DNA from: Macrostomum lignano
Taxonomy: Eukaryota
Assembly (NCBI GenBank): GCA_002269645.1
Contig: NIVC01000001.1
Coordinates: forward strand, 1,922,001-1,986,000
DNA: 64,000 nucleotides
Direction: 5' to 3'
Made by a program: the position numbers and the translations under genes. This document shows positions 23,601-35,454 of this stretch, piece by piece (the stretch's first letter is position 1; every line of letters begins with the position of its first letter). The notes below the pieces were generated by a model, which saw nothing but the letters and a program-made list of their open reading frames with translations, was not told the origin of the DNA and ran no database searches.

Positions 23601-26600
23601 AGTTGATTGAAGTTAGGAATAAGTTTAATTTGATTAGTCTGAAAATTTTGTGTGACCTACATTAGTAAAGCTTAGAAAAAAAGAAATTAAAGTTTTTTTA
23701 AATAGAAGATATCGAATTGTTTCTAAAAATAGAAAGTGACGTCAACACTTAGCTTTGTTAAACATTTCTAAAATAGAAACAAACGCCAGTAAACCGATCA
23801 TGGTGTAATTTTAAGAATAGAATTGCAGTTACATGTAGCTAGTCAAAGAAAGTCAGAAAAAATCAGCAATCATTTTTTTAATTAAAAAAACAGAATATTT
23901 CAAAAAGTTTCAAAATATAAAAAGTGACGTCACTCAGTAGCTGAATAATATCTAAAAATAGAAACAAACGTCAATAAACTGATCTAAATGTATGTACTTT
24001 TAGGGAAAAAATTAACCCAGTTTATTACAAATAATAGAAAGTTTAAAGCTGCACAATCAAGCATAGCAGCTTTTTCACCTCTGCAGGCGCATTCGTGAAC
24101 GCCACCAACACAGCCGAGCAGACGCCGCTCCATCTGGCCGCCCGAACTGGCAACATTCGGCTTGTGGAGCTGCTGGTGCAGCACGGAGCCAAACTTGACG
24201 CCGTAGACGCTACCAGGTGTGGCGTTTAGTACGGCTGTGATGACTGATGCTTTGAATATTAAGTGTATTTTTGTTAACTAGACCTATTTATGCATACCCT
24301 TACTCAGGTGTGTATGTACCTCGTAGCTACGGTTCTAATTATTATAATTCTCCCACTGATATACTTCTCCCACTGATCCCATTCTCCCACCGATCCCATT
24401 CTCCCACCAATACCATTCTCCTACTGATCCTAACAGATCCCAACAGATCCTAACAGATCCCAGCAGAACCCAGCAGATCCCAGCAGATCCCAGCAGATCC
24501 CAGCAGATCCCAGCAGATCCCAGCAGATCCCAGCAGATCCTAGCAGATCCCAGCAGATCCCAACAGATCCCAACAGATCCCAACAGATCCCAGCAGATCC
24601 CAGCAGATCCCAGCAGATCCCAACAGATCCCAGCAGATCCCAACAGATCCCAACAGATTCCTACAGATCCCAGCAGATCCCAACAGATCCCAACAGATCC
24701 CAGCAGATCCCAACAGATCCTAGCAGATCCCAGCAGATCCCAAGAGATCCTAACAGATCCTAGCAGATCCCAACAGATCCCAACAGATCCTAGCAGATCC
24801 CAGCAGATCCCAACAGATCCCTACAGATCCCAACAGATCCCAACAGATCCCAGCAGATCCCAACAGATCCCAACAGATCCCAACAGATCCCAACAGATCC
24901 CTACAGATCCCAGCAGATCCCAACAGATCCCAACAGATCCCAGCAGATCCCAACAGATCCTAGCAGATCCCAGCAGATCCCAAGAGATCCTAACAGATCC
25001 CAACAGATCCCTACAGATCCCAACAGATCCCTACAGATCCCAGCAGATCCCAACAGATCCCTACAGATCCCAGCAGATCCCAACAGATCCTAGCAGATCC
25101 CAGCAGATCCCAAGAGATCCTAACAGATCCCAACAGATCACATTAATCTCTATTCTGTCACTGATCCCAATTACCGCACACCTGTAGAGCCCGTCCATCC
25201 CAGTGATCAAATCCCCGCAACCCGATCCCGCAGGCAAACGGTTCTCCACAAGGCCGCCTTCTTCGCCCAGCCGAGCCTGCTGGCCAACCTGCTGGAGCGG
25301 CCCGAGATGGCCCGCCGGTCCAGCATCGACTGCCGGGACCGGGAGGGCAACACGCCGCTGATGCTGGCCAGCACGGAGAAGGACGACCCGGAGTGCGCCC
25401 GGCTGCTGCTGGCCAAAGGCGCCAGCCCGCTGTGCACTGACGGTCAGGGCAGGACCGCAGTTTACCTGGCAACGCACTGGTGAATGCTGGGGAATATCAT
25501 GATTTTCGATTTCTCGAGTCCTGAACAGCCTAGAATTTAACAAAGGATAGATGCAGATTCTTTTCGAAACGAAATTCACTTTCGTACAATTTCCAAGTAC
25601 CCTACTATAAGTACAAACTTAGGAACATGTTTTTTACATATAAATTCATTCAACTTGCCCAGGTACAACCGCCAGGTGCTGCAGGCGCTGCTTGACCACC
25701 CGGCCGTGCGGGAGGCCCGCATCATTGATGAAAGCGACGCTGCCAACAACTCCCCGCTGCACGTGGCCTGCAAGAACGGTAGGCCTAGGAACCATTCCCA
25801 GATCCCCATTCCCCATCCAGTTATCCCATTCCCAGAACCCCATCTCAGCTATCCCATTCCCAGATCCCCATCCAGTTATCCCATTCCCAGATCCCCATCC
25901 AGTTATCCCATCCCCAGATCCTCATCTCAGTTATCCCATTCCCAGATCCTTATCTCAGTTATCCCATTCCCAGATCCCCATCCAGTTATCCCATCCCCAG
26001 ATCCCCATCCAGTTATCCCATTCCCAGATCCTTATCTCAGTTATCCCATCCCCAGATCCCCATCCATTTATCCCATTCCTAGATCCCCATCTCAGTTATC
26101 CCATTCCCAGATCCCCATCTCAGTTATCCCATTCCCAGATCCCCATCTCAGTTATTCCATACGTAGATCCCAAATATTATTGTCTTAGATTTCAATCTCA
26201 ATTGTCATATCATCGCAGATCCCTGTCATAATTATCCCAAATCTAAATCCTCATAGATTGTGGCTATCACCTGAAAATAAAAATCCTTTTTTGTCCCTAG
26301 TTTTCTTTGCATTATAAAAAGAGAAATTTATTTGTTTTAAGTGCACTGCTACTAACAGTAGGCGAGTAGTGTCTCTGGCAGCTAAAATCTGCGCGCGCCA
26401 TGCACTGCTCAGGACATGTGGACATTGTGGAGCTGCTGTTGGAGAACGGCGCCGATGCCGAGGCGAAAAACGAGGACGAAGAGACCCCGATGCATCTGGC
26501 CGCCCAAGCTGGCCACCTGCAGGTTGTTCGCCGACTTCTCAAAATCAACCTATCGCTGGCCTTCGACGAGGACGAGGATTCGAACACGCCGATGCACCTG

Positions 26601-29600
26601 GCGGCTCTGACCGGACAGGCCCGCATCTGCCAGCTGCTCATCGAGGAGGGCAAGGCGGACGTGAACGCCAGGAACAGCCGCGGCTGGACTGCGCTGGACT
26701 GCGCCGCCTCCAAGGGCTTCACCAAGGTTTGTTAGGAGAATTCTCCCCTCCCAGATTCTTCTCCTCCCGATTCCCCCCTCTCCCCTATTCTCCCCTCCCC
26801 TATTCTCCCCTCCCTGATTCCCCTCTCCCTGATTCCCCTCTTCCCGATTCCTCTCTTCCCAGATCCCCTCTTTCCATTTCTCCCTTCCTTTCTCAAATCC
26901 CAATTTCACCCCTCTGCCAAAGCACCACACTAAACTCCCTACCTTCGCTACGCCGCGCAGGTCGCCAGAACCCTGCTGGAGAACGACTCGCCCACGGACC
27001 CGGTGGACAAGTCGAACGTCACGCCGCTGTTTCTGGCCTGCCAGGGCGGCCACGTGGACATGGTGCGCCTGCTGCTGCGCCGCGGCGCCCGAGTTGCAAC
27101 CCGAATCAAGTATTCGAATCCCGACAGCCCGCTGCACAACTGCAACTGCTTGGACGCCGCCATCGACAACGGGCACAAGAAGGTGGCGCTCACCCTGCTC
27201 AGCTCATCGCAGTGGAAGGAGGCGCTCAGGAATGAGACGATTGGGGAGAAGGTTGGTAACCCGTGCGTCACTCCCGATCCTCAGTATCACTCCCGATCCT
27301 CAGTGTCACTCCCGATCCTCAGTGTCACTCCCGATCCTCAGTATCACTCCCGATCCTCAGTGTAACTCCCAATCCTTCAGTGTCACTCCCGATCCTCAGT
27401 GTCACTCCCAATCCTTCAGTGTCACTCCCGATCCTCAGTGTAACTCCCAATCTTTCAGTGTAACTCCCAATCCTTCAGTGTAACTCCCAATCTTTCAGTG
27501 TAACTCCCAATCCTTCAGTGTAACTCCCAATCTTTCAGTGTAACTCCCAATCCTTCAGTGTAACTCCCAATCTTTCAGTGTAACTCCCAATCCTTCAGTG
27601 TAACTCCCAATCTTTCAGTGTAACTCCCAATCCTTCAGTGTAACTCCCGATCCTCAGTGTAACTCCCAATCCTTCAGTGTAACTCCCGATCCTCAGTGTA
27701 ACTCCCAACCTTCAGTGTCACTCCCGATCCTCAGTGTAACTCCCGATCCTTCAGTGTAACTCCCGATCCTTCAGTGTCACTCCCAATCCTCAGTGTCACT
27801 CCCAATCCTTCAGTATCACTCCCGATCCTCAGTGTCACTCCCAATCCTTCAGTGTCACTCCCGATCCTTCAGTGTCACTCCCAATCCTTCAGTGTCACTC
27901 CCAATCCTCAGTGTCACTCGCAACCCTCAGTGTCACTCCCGATCTTTCAGTGTCACTCCCGATCCTCAGTGTCACTCCCGATCCTCAGTGTCACTCCCGA
28001 CCCTCGGTGTCAGTCCCAACCCTCAGTGTCACTCCCAACCCTCGGTGTCAGTCCCAACCCTCAGTGTCACTCCCAACCCTCGGTGTCACTCCCAACCCTC
28101 AGTGTCACTCCCAACCCTCGGTGTCACTCCCAACCCTCAGTGTCACTCCGGATGCTTCATCGTCACTCCTGACCCTCACAGTGTCACTCCACACCCTCAG
28201 TGTCACTCCCAATCCTTCAGCCACTTTTTCGTATCCTCACTGCGCTTCCTCAAGCGAAGGCATGCGGATTTCGCCACTCCAGGGCCAGAAAGATACGCCG
28301 CTTCGCAAGCTGATTCGCAAGATGCCGACCATCGCCGAGCGCGTGTTCGACAAATGCGTGGAGATCAACAAGGAGCGCCGAGCCCCGGAGGACCCGGACT
28401 ATCGGGTGGCCTTCAACTACGAGTTCTTGGACGACTCCTACATCCGCTGGAGCGGCACCCGCGGCGGCGTTGGCGGCGGTTGCGGCAGCAAGTCGGACGA
28501 TTCCGGCTCGGAAGGCGCCTCTGATCATTCGGAGTGCAGCGGCAGCGACATTTACGACTCGTCCGGGCGGCTGAAAGACTCGGCCAACGTCGCAGCAACT
28601 GGCGGCGGGGCCGTCCGCGATTCGTTGAAGAATCACCCGCTGATGGTGATGGTGAAGTGAGCAATCACATCCACATCCGCATCCGCAACCACAGCATCCA
28701 CAGAATCCACATCCGCATCCACATCCACATCCGCATCCACATCCACATCCGCATCCGCATCCACATCCACATCCGCATCCATAGAATCCCATCCGCATCC
28801 ACATCCGCATCCACATCCGCATCCACATCCGCATCCACATCCGCATCCACATCCGCATCCACATCCGCATCCACATCCCCATCCACAGCATCCACATCCG
28901 CATCCGCATACACATCCGCATCCACATCCGCATCTGCGTCCGCATCCACATCCACATCCGCATCCACATCCACTACCCTTCAACAATGCAGGACCAAACG
29001 CGAGGACCTGCTGCTGCACCCGCTGGTGGCCGCTCTGCTGCGCCACAAGTGGACCGCATTCGGCCGCTGGGTTTACTACCTCAACCTGCTGCTATACGCC
29101 GTCTTCCTGACCGCATTCACCGTCTACATGCTGTGCACTCCGCCAACGTACCGTTTCTACGGGCCCTACTATCCCGAGTACAATGTCACTCCGCGGGCCG
29201 CGGACGAGTGCCAGCAGGTTCAGCGCGCTAATCCTGGCTTCAGGCAACACGAGGCGCCTGCGGTGGCGGTGTGGCTGATTGTGCCACTGGGGATTCTGTT
29301 CCTGCTCAAAGAGGTCAGCTCGTGCAATGCTCGTGCTCAGGGCTCAGTACAGTATTGGCGCGCTTGTATGTGCTCATTAAGAGTTTAGGAGTGGTGATCA
29401 GTCACTCGAAAACTCCCACTTCCAGACCGCAAGCCTGGGAGCAGAATTTAGTGATCACTTACTGTTTCGGGCTCCTCTTCTTGTACGAGCGTAGGTCAGG
29501 TTCCAGTAGCGCGCAAGGTTCTCTTCTTGGATTCTGAAGTCGGCCGAGTTTAATGAGAGCACTTTAGTGAACGTAGCAATTTAATCCGTAGACGTTAATG

Positions 29601-32600
29601 TATTCCTCAAGATCAGTAATCAGAATCAGAGATGCGCCCTAATAACAAAATCAATTTTATAACAATGACGAAGTCCTCCAGAAGGGCGTCTTCTTCTAGA
29701 AATTACGGAATCGGAGTCGTGCGCCCCTATCTGTTACTCTAGGGTACCAAAATCAATCAAAATCTATAATCGTCCAAGAGTATCGAAATCGGTCCAGTGG
29801 ATCCTATCCAATCCCTTAGGAATAGGGAGGCTTCAAATTCAATAACTCAATAGTAAATCAACTGATCAATAACGGCCGGCAATGACTCGGCTCTCAATAA
29901 TCAAAAACAAAGACTTCGATGAAGGCTTACCAATTGGTACACGTTTCCGTTGGAGATTAGCCTCGCTTAGGTAGTCCAAGTGAATTGAGGCTGCTCCAAG
30001 TCTGAGATTTCAGCTGAGGTAGGCAAAAACTTGCGAAAACAAGGTCATTTTGATGAGGCGACGGGTTCAATTCTTAGGAATTTGACCCATTCTTAGAAAT
30101 TTGACCCATTTTTAGGAATTTGACCCTGTGACAGTTAAATTGAATTTTAGCGAATACAATAAATACATTTCGGGGCATCGTTTACCTTTCTGGGGTCGTG
30201 ATTCGTTGTTTACGATATTTGGGGTAACATTGGTTCATCTAAGTTGCGTTATAAATAGTATCATGATTCAAGCTTTAATTTTACTGCAATGTTTGTGTTA
30301 CTCTACTTACAGTAGCATTTTGTGGACGAATGAACCTTTACACTCAGGAGTCAGTGGAATGGGCAGAATTGTCTCAGCACTGGCTGTGTGGCGATTGCGC
30401 CAGGATTCCCACAGTCCTCCTGCGAATATGTATTATTTGCATGTATATTTGATCTCCGACAAAAAACTTTAACTACTCTGTATGAAATGAATCTCCAGGT
30501 CGGCCAGGTGTTTATGAATCGGTTGAAGTACCTGAACTTCGAGAACCTGATGGACTGGAGCATCTTCACTCTGGCCATTGTCACTGTTATTGACTTTAAC
30601 GAGTGCCAGAGGGTCACCGGCATTCGCACGGTGAGGGCTGCAAGATTTATGTCAACCGTGAATGGATTAGGGTGCAGAGCAGATGGATTAGGGTATAGAG
30701 CAGATGGATTAAGGTATAGAGTGAATGGATTAGGGTATACTGTAGAGTGAATGGATTAGGGTGCAGAGTGAATGGATTAGGGTATACTGTAGAGTGAATG
30801 GATTAGGGTGCAGAGTGAATGGATTAGGGTATACTGTAAAGTGAATGGATTAGGGCATAGAGTGAATGAATTAAGATATAGAGTGAATGGATTAAGGTAT
30901 AGAGTGAATGGATTAGGGTATAGAGTGAATGGATTAGGGTATAGAGTGAATGGATTAGGGTATAGAGTGAATGGATTAGGGTATAGAGTGAATGGATTAG
31001 GATATAGAGTGAATGGATTACGAACACAAAACTGTTGAATTAAGATAGTATTCGAACGGATTAGGAAAAATCGGCATTGAGCTACAAAGTCGACGGATTG
31101 CACTTTTGTCTGTTTCACCTGTTGCTTCTTAAAGTTTTGCTTTAGTCTCAGTATTACTCAGCCAAGCCTTCCTGCTCTCCAGTACTGGCAGTGGAACGTG
31201 GGCGCCATCGGCATTCTGGTAGCCTGGCTCAACCTGGTGCTGTTCATCCGCAAAATGCCCCGGTTCGGCATCTACGTTGTCATGTTCACTGACGTGTTCG
31301 CCACCTTCTCTCGCTTCTTCCTCGTGTTCTTCCTCTTCGTGGTGTCCTTCAGCTTGACCTTCTTTGTCCTGCTGCAGAACCAGATCGCTTTCAGCAGTAT
31401 GGCGAAGACGCTGCTAAAAACATCCGTGATGATGATTGGCGAGTTTGAGTACACGTCAATCTTTGATGAGCAGTTTAATCCGGAAAATTTATACTCGCCT
31501 GATAGTCAGGTACGTTCGAGTGGGTTTGGTTGGGATTTAAAATGGTTTTTTGCATGGTTAAGATCCTCTGTATGACGTGCTTGTTAACCTAATTAGGACC
31601 ATGGATTCGGGTGGTTGTAGCTATTAAGACCCTAGATTTGAAGTGGTTGTAGCTTAGTTAGGACCCTGGATTTCTGGGTTGGTTGTAGATTAATTAGGAC
31701 CCTGGATTTCCGGGTTGGTTGTAGGACCCTGGATTTCTGGGTTTGTTGTAGATTAATTAGGACCCTTAATGTGAGAGCGTTTTAGCCTACTAATTATGAT
31801 AAAACATTTTCAGGTATTCTACGACGCCTCATCGTACCTGGTGTTCGCATTTTTCATGGTGGTCATGAGCATCATCATCATGAATTTGCTAGTCGGCCTG
31901 GCTGTTGACGACATCAAAGCTGTGCAGGAGCAGGCGTCGCTAAAGCGGCTTGCTATGCAGGTGCGAATTTGTTCATATAAGACTTGACTTGGCTTTATTG
32001 CATTGAGTTCAAAATGAAAAATCTGTTGCAGGTACATCTGAACCATTTCAGGTTGAATTAGCCCTGGACGTTGAGTCAGTTCTACCTGCAAAAATCTCCC
32101 GTCGATTTGTTCTACGATCCGAGGATTATTATCCCAACCCGCATCGCACATGTCAGCTGGGCTTCATCAACCGGCTGCTGTACCGGAAGTGGATGAGCCG
32201 GGAGGAGCTTAACGCCGCTCTCAATCCCGAGCTGGACGAGTGGGAGCGAATCTATCAGAAGCAGGACGAGATGGAGATCAGCATCGCATCGATGAAGACC
32301 AAAATGAAAGACTTTCGGGCCACGACTTACCGTATTGAGGCTATGCTGACGGTGAGCTGGGCTTGAATTCAGATATGAGGCTTTTAAATAGGATTCTCGA
32401 GTTGAGACAGCAGCCTAGGGGTAGGGGTTTGGGGTGTTGGTGCCGCGATAACGGCCTAGGGGTAGGGGTTTGGGGTGTTGGTGCCGCGATAACGGCCTAG
32501 GGGTAGGGGTTTGGGGTGTTGGTGCCGCGATAACGGCCTAGGGGTAGGGGTTTGGGGTGTTGGTGCCGCGATAACGGCCTAGGGGTAGGGGTTTGGGGTG

Positions 32601-32965
32601 TTGGTGCCGCAATAACGGCCTAGGGGTAGGGGTTTGGGGTGTTGGTGCCGCAATAACGGCCTAGGGGTAGGGGTTTGGGGTGTTGGTGCTGCAATTACGG
32701 CCTAGGGGTAGGGGTTTGGGGTGTTGGTGCTGCAATTACGGCCTAGGGGTAGGGGTTTGGAGTATTGGTGCCCTCTGTCCTGGCCTAGGGATTTCGAGAG
32801 TGAGTTTGTGTTGAGATATCGGTTTTTTTAATAAAATGACTCAAACTGCAGGCGGTGGTCCACAAGCTGGGCATCAACCAGGAGCTGGCGCACAGCCTCA
32901 ACAACGACCCGGGAGACGACAGCGCCGACGATAGAGAGATGGAAAAGCTGCTTGTTGAGCTCTAG
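14631..32965 (+). CDS. TRPA1: TRPA1-like ankyrin-repeat cation channel, 18 exons: 14631-14825, 15111(or 15077)-15434, 17977-18036, 18377-18430, 20065-20274, 21282-21621, 24087-24216, 25234-25479, 25663-25778, 26413-26726, 26961-27251, 28283-28656, 28992-29313, 30499-30630, 31183-31509, 31814-31960, 32052-32351, 32852-32965
   Basis: Many ankyrin repeats (TPLHLAA type), [21 protein letters not shown]|[19 protein letters not shown]1-S6 helices, pore [35 protein letters not shown]|VEL and a C-terminal coiled coil. Junction phases are consistent from exon 2 onward. Exon 1 and the two short exons 3-4 are less certain. Confidence 0.92.
15495..15845. repeat. G-rich minisatellite (GCAGCGGCTCCCACTGAAGCATCGGTGGTTGTG(G)n), TRPA1 intron 2
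   Basis: About 9 copies with variable poly-G. Confidence 0.9.
16315..17740. repeat. 30-bp minisatellite (GAGTCCTTGAGCATCTGATCAATTCCCCTT), TRPA1 intron 2
   Basis: About 47 tandem copies. Confidence 0.95.
18480..19160. repeat. 42-bp minisatellite containing palindrome GTACATGTAC, TRPA1 intron 4
   Basis: GAGGACAGGGAGTGGGGTGTGTACATGTACAGTGAGATACCC, about 16 copies. Confidence 0.95.
20345..21255. repeat. 13-bp-based compound minisatellite (ATTCCGCCCTCTC), TRPA1 intron 5
   Basis: Pure 13-mers grading into higher-order variants. Confidence 0.95.
22170..22500. repeat. 49-bp minisatellite, TRPA1 intron 6
   Basis: CCCACCCCACTCCTCAGCATTCCTGCCATAAAATTCTGCCCCTCTGCAG, about 6 copies. Confidence 0.88.
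24425..25140. repeat. 10-bp minisatellite (CCA(A/G)CAGATC), TRPA1 intron 7
   Basis: About 70 copies. Confidence 0.95.
25795..26170. repeat. ~27-bp minisatellite (CCCAGATCCCCATCTCAGTTATCCCATT), TRPA1 intron 9
   Basis: About 13 variant copies starting about 15 nt after the donor. Confidence 0.9.
27268..28220. repeat. 19-20-bp minisatellite (CAGTGTCACTCCCGATCCT), TRPA1 intron 11
   Basis: About 48 copies filling nearly the whole intron. Confidence 0.95.
28665..28975. repeat. Hexamer repeat (CACATC/CGCATC)n, TRPA1 intron 12
   Basis: Fills the 335-nt intron. Confidence 0.93.
30655..31020. repeat. 21-bp minisatellite (GGTATAGAGTGAATGGATTAG), TRPA1 intron 14
   Basis: About 16 copies. Confidence 0.92.
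31590..31765. repeat. ~36-bp degenerate minisatellite, TRPA1 intron 15
   Basis: AGGACCCTGGATTT..GGTTGGTTGTAGATTAATT, about 5 copies. Confidence 0.75.
32413..32790. repeat. 41-bp G-run minisatellite, TRPA1 intron 17
   Basis: CCTAGGGGTAGGGGTTTGGGGTGTTGGTGCCGCGATAACGG, about 9 copies. Confidence 0.95.
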
Positions 32966-33479
32966 ATACCCAATTTGGGTTTTGATCTTTATTGCAATAT
33001 TCTGCCTAATGCCTAATATTAATCAATAGTTAAGCGCCCTAAGCTACTAATTTTCCTCATTCAATTTTCGCTGACTTGGCTCTGGCTTTATCTTAAGTGG
33101 AATGTTTTTCAACCTTGCATATTCTGGTCACAGCTTATTAGCAATTGTATTTTATAACTATTTGGATTTTTTGTGTAGCCTAAAATTCATTTTTATAATA
33201 TTTATTCACTAAATATTACCTTTTTACGATTGCTCATATTAATTCGTCCTACATGTACTTTATAGTTGCTTTAATAGCCTGTTTGTTGCAAGCTTCCTGA
33301 AAGTTTAGTTATAACGACGTGTACACGCATGCAGTCTTCGCGCTGTTGTCGATTTTCGAATATTTTATCCTTTTTATTATATTATTTACGCAGCGTTGCG
33401 TTGCACAAGTATACACGAATATCTTACTTACATGTATACTGTTGGTGTCAAGCGAAATTAAGTCATATGCCTAAATAAA

Positions 33480-33800
33480 TATACTAATAATCCATATACT
33501 AAAAATTGTTTGTCGGTATCTATCTACGATTTCAGAAAAAATGGCTCAACCGATTTTCTTCAAACTTGCACCATTCGATCAGAAATTTCGCATCCGAGAG
33601 AAGGAAGAGATTGAAAGGGTTGGAGTTGCTCCCTGTTCCCCAACTTTAAAGGCCATTCTGTGTGGAAGTTTTTCAGGAAGGAAATAAAAGTCGGAGAGTC
33701 CATCGCCTTTGAATGCAGAGTGGATTTTCATTAATCAGTATCGAGCGCTTCATCTGACGGATTTCTTCGCGTTGAAACAAAATAATCAGTTATCAAAGTT
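33480..33800 (+). mobile_element. Probable non-autonomous Helitron/Helentron-like remnant
   Basis: ATCCATATACTAAAAATTGTTTGTC...GGCTCAACCGATTTTCTTCAAACTTG resembles the 5' signature of invertebrate non-autonomous Helitrons. The 3' end was not identified. Confidence 0.4.
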
Positions 33801-33873
33801 GCTTTCAAAACCTCTTGAGAGCTCGATTTTGCAAGTTGCAGCAGACATCTTCCATGCCATCATGCTGGTGCTG

Positions 33874-34911
33874 CTACAGAAGCAGCATCTCGATCTCCTT
33901 CAGCGAGTAGTAGTAGCCAAAAGTTTTTCTCCAAATGACTCCCTCTGCAAAAACACCTCCAATGGCTGCAGATGGGTCTTTGTACTCTCCATTCAGGTGG
34001 GCGCAGTGACAGTTGCTGAACCACCAGGCTCCTTTGAACTTTGAACCTGAACCAGCAGTTGCTAGCGGTGGTGTCGTGGTCGGCGTCCTTGGAGCTGAAC
34101 TGCATGCCGCCGTGACCCGTGAGGCAGTCGCCAATGGCGGCGCTGCCCGAGAAGCCGGACACTCTCAGCCGGTAGTTGTCCGACTCGGGACCCACGGAGA
34201 AGTTGGAGTACTCAGCCCAGTGCTCAGAGTCGTTCCACGCCTTCATCAGAATCCTCAGCTTCCGAGGACCAGAAGCAGTGAGGGCGTGGAGAGAGTTCAG
34301 GCCTGGGAAGATGCGGACATCATGGCGGTGTTTGTCATTGAAATCTGAGTCGGAAAAGGAAGCGAATGGAGCAGATCCGGGATGCACTCACCGATCCAGT
34401 AGTTTCTGTCGGGTCCCTCGCCGAACTCACTCTGGTACTGAGTCCAGTTGCGGTAAAAGTCCACTGAGCCGGACACCCTGTGCTGCACGGTGGTCCAGCA
34501 GTCACTGCCGGCTGTCTGCAAGGTGACACAGGTGTGCCAGCTTTTCTACTCTGCGTTAAGGCTGCCGTTACGCTTGACATGTCTAACAGTAACAGAGTGA
34601 CTCACCCACACTCGCTGAGCTTCCTTGTTCGCATTGCGGCACTTCCTGCAGTGGCTCAGGCCCAGGCGGCACCTGAAGTGATCGCACAGGCCGGAGCTGG
34701 AGTTGAACGCCACCAGCTGCACAGTGGAGCCGCTGGCAGCTGCTGAGCACTCGATTTCGGACTCAGCGGAGAGCGACCTCACGGCCCCGTAGTCCGAGAG
34801 GCTCTCGTGGCCAAGAGACCACTTTCGCTCAACCGATGCGGCCTCGGGTGCAGAGGGCTGCATTGCCATCAGCAAAAGCAGAGCGGCATCGATCACTGTG
34901 TGCTTTTTCAT
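33874..34911 (-). pseudogene. Secreted fibrinogen-related protein (signal peptide + PAN/apple-like region + FReD) with a frameshift; exons 34911-34606, 34515-34392, 34302-33874
   Basis: FReD motifs [30 protein letters not shown]|[38 protein letters not shown], then KGAWWFSNCHCAHLNGEY in a different frame. The shift is a tandem TTTGAAC duplication at 34033-34046. Could be a null allele or an assembly error. Confidence 0.85.
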
Positions 34912-35454
34912 TGTGTTTTCTTGGAATTCATTCGGTGACAATGTTTTACTAATAGTTGGTTACTAACCAGTAAAAAACCAGATAGAGGTAAATGTTGAGC
35001 AGGGATTGCAGACCAGCTGTGTCTCACTCACTCTCTCTAGGCTTATCTCAAGAACCGCCGCGCGACCCCAAATATTTTTGGGCTTCTTTTTAAAGCAACT
35101 CCAGTCCTCACAGCATGACGTGAAGGCCCATAGCAACAAGCGATGGAGTCCAGCTGGGATGAGGCAATAGAAAACGCCTGCCTCAAGCTTGTCTTGCATC
35201 TTACCTGGAAACTCATGAAGAAAGAATCACTACAAAGTATTGTAATGAAATAATTGACAAGCTCTTGGATCTGTCAGTTAGAGTTCAAGGGCTACCAGGA
35301 ATATACTCATTAAAAAGATAAACATTTATCCTCAAATCCACGTGGCTGACTGTTTGTTCAGGCACTTTATAGCGCACCTGCGAGTGCAGTAGAAGAGGTT
35401 TAAGAGTTTTTACTTAAGCACTGTTTGCATCTTAAACCTGTCAGTAACCGGGTG

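Noticed and set aside
25061-29046. Numerous antisense and alternative-frame ORFs over TRPA1 exons (also over CCAR1, GPCR and ENaC)
   Set aside because: Expected by-product of GC-rich codon usage; the sense frame explains all conserved motifs.
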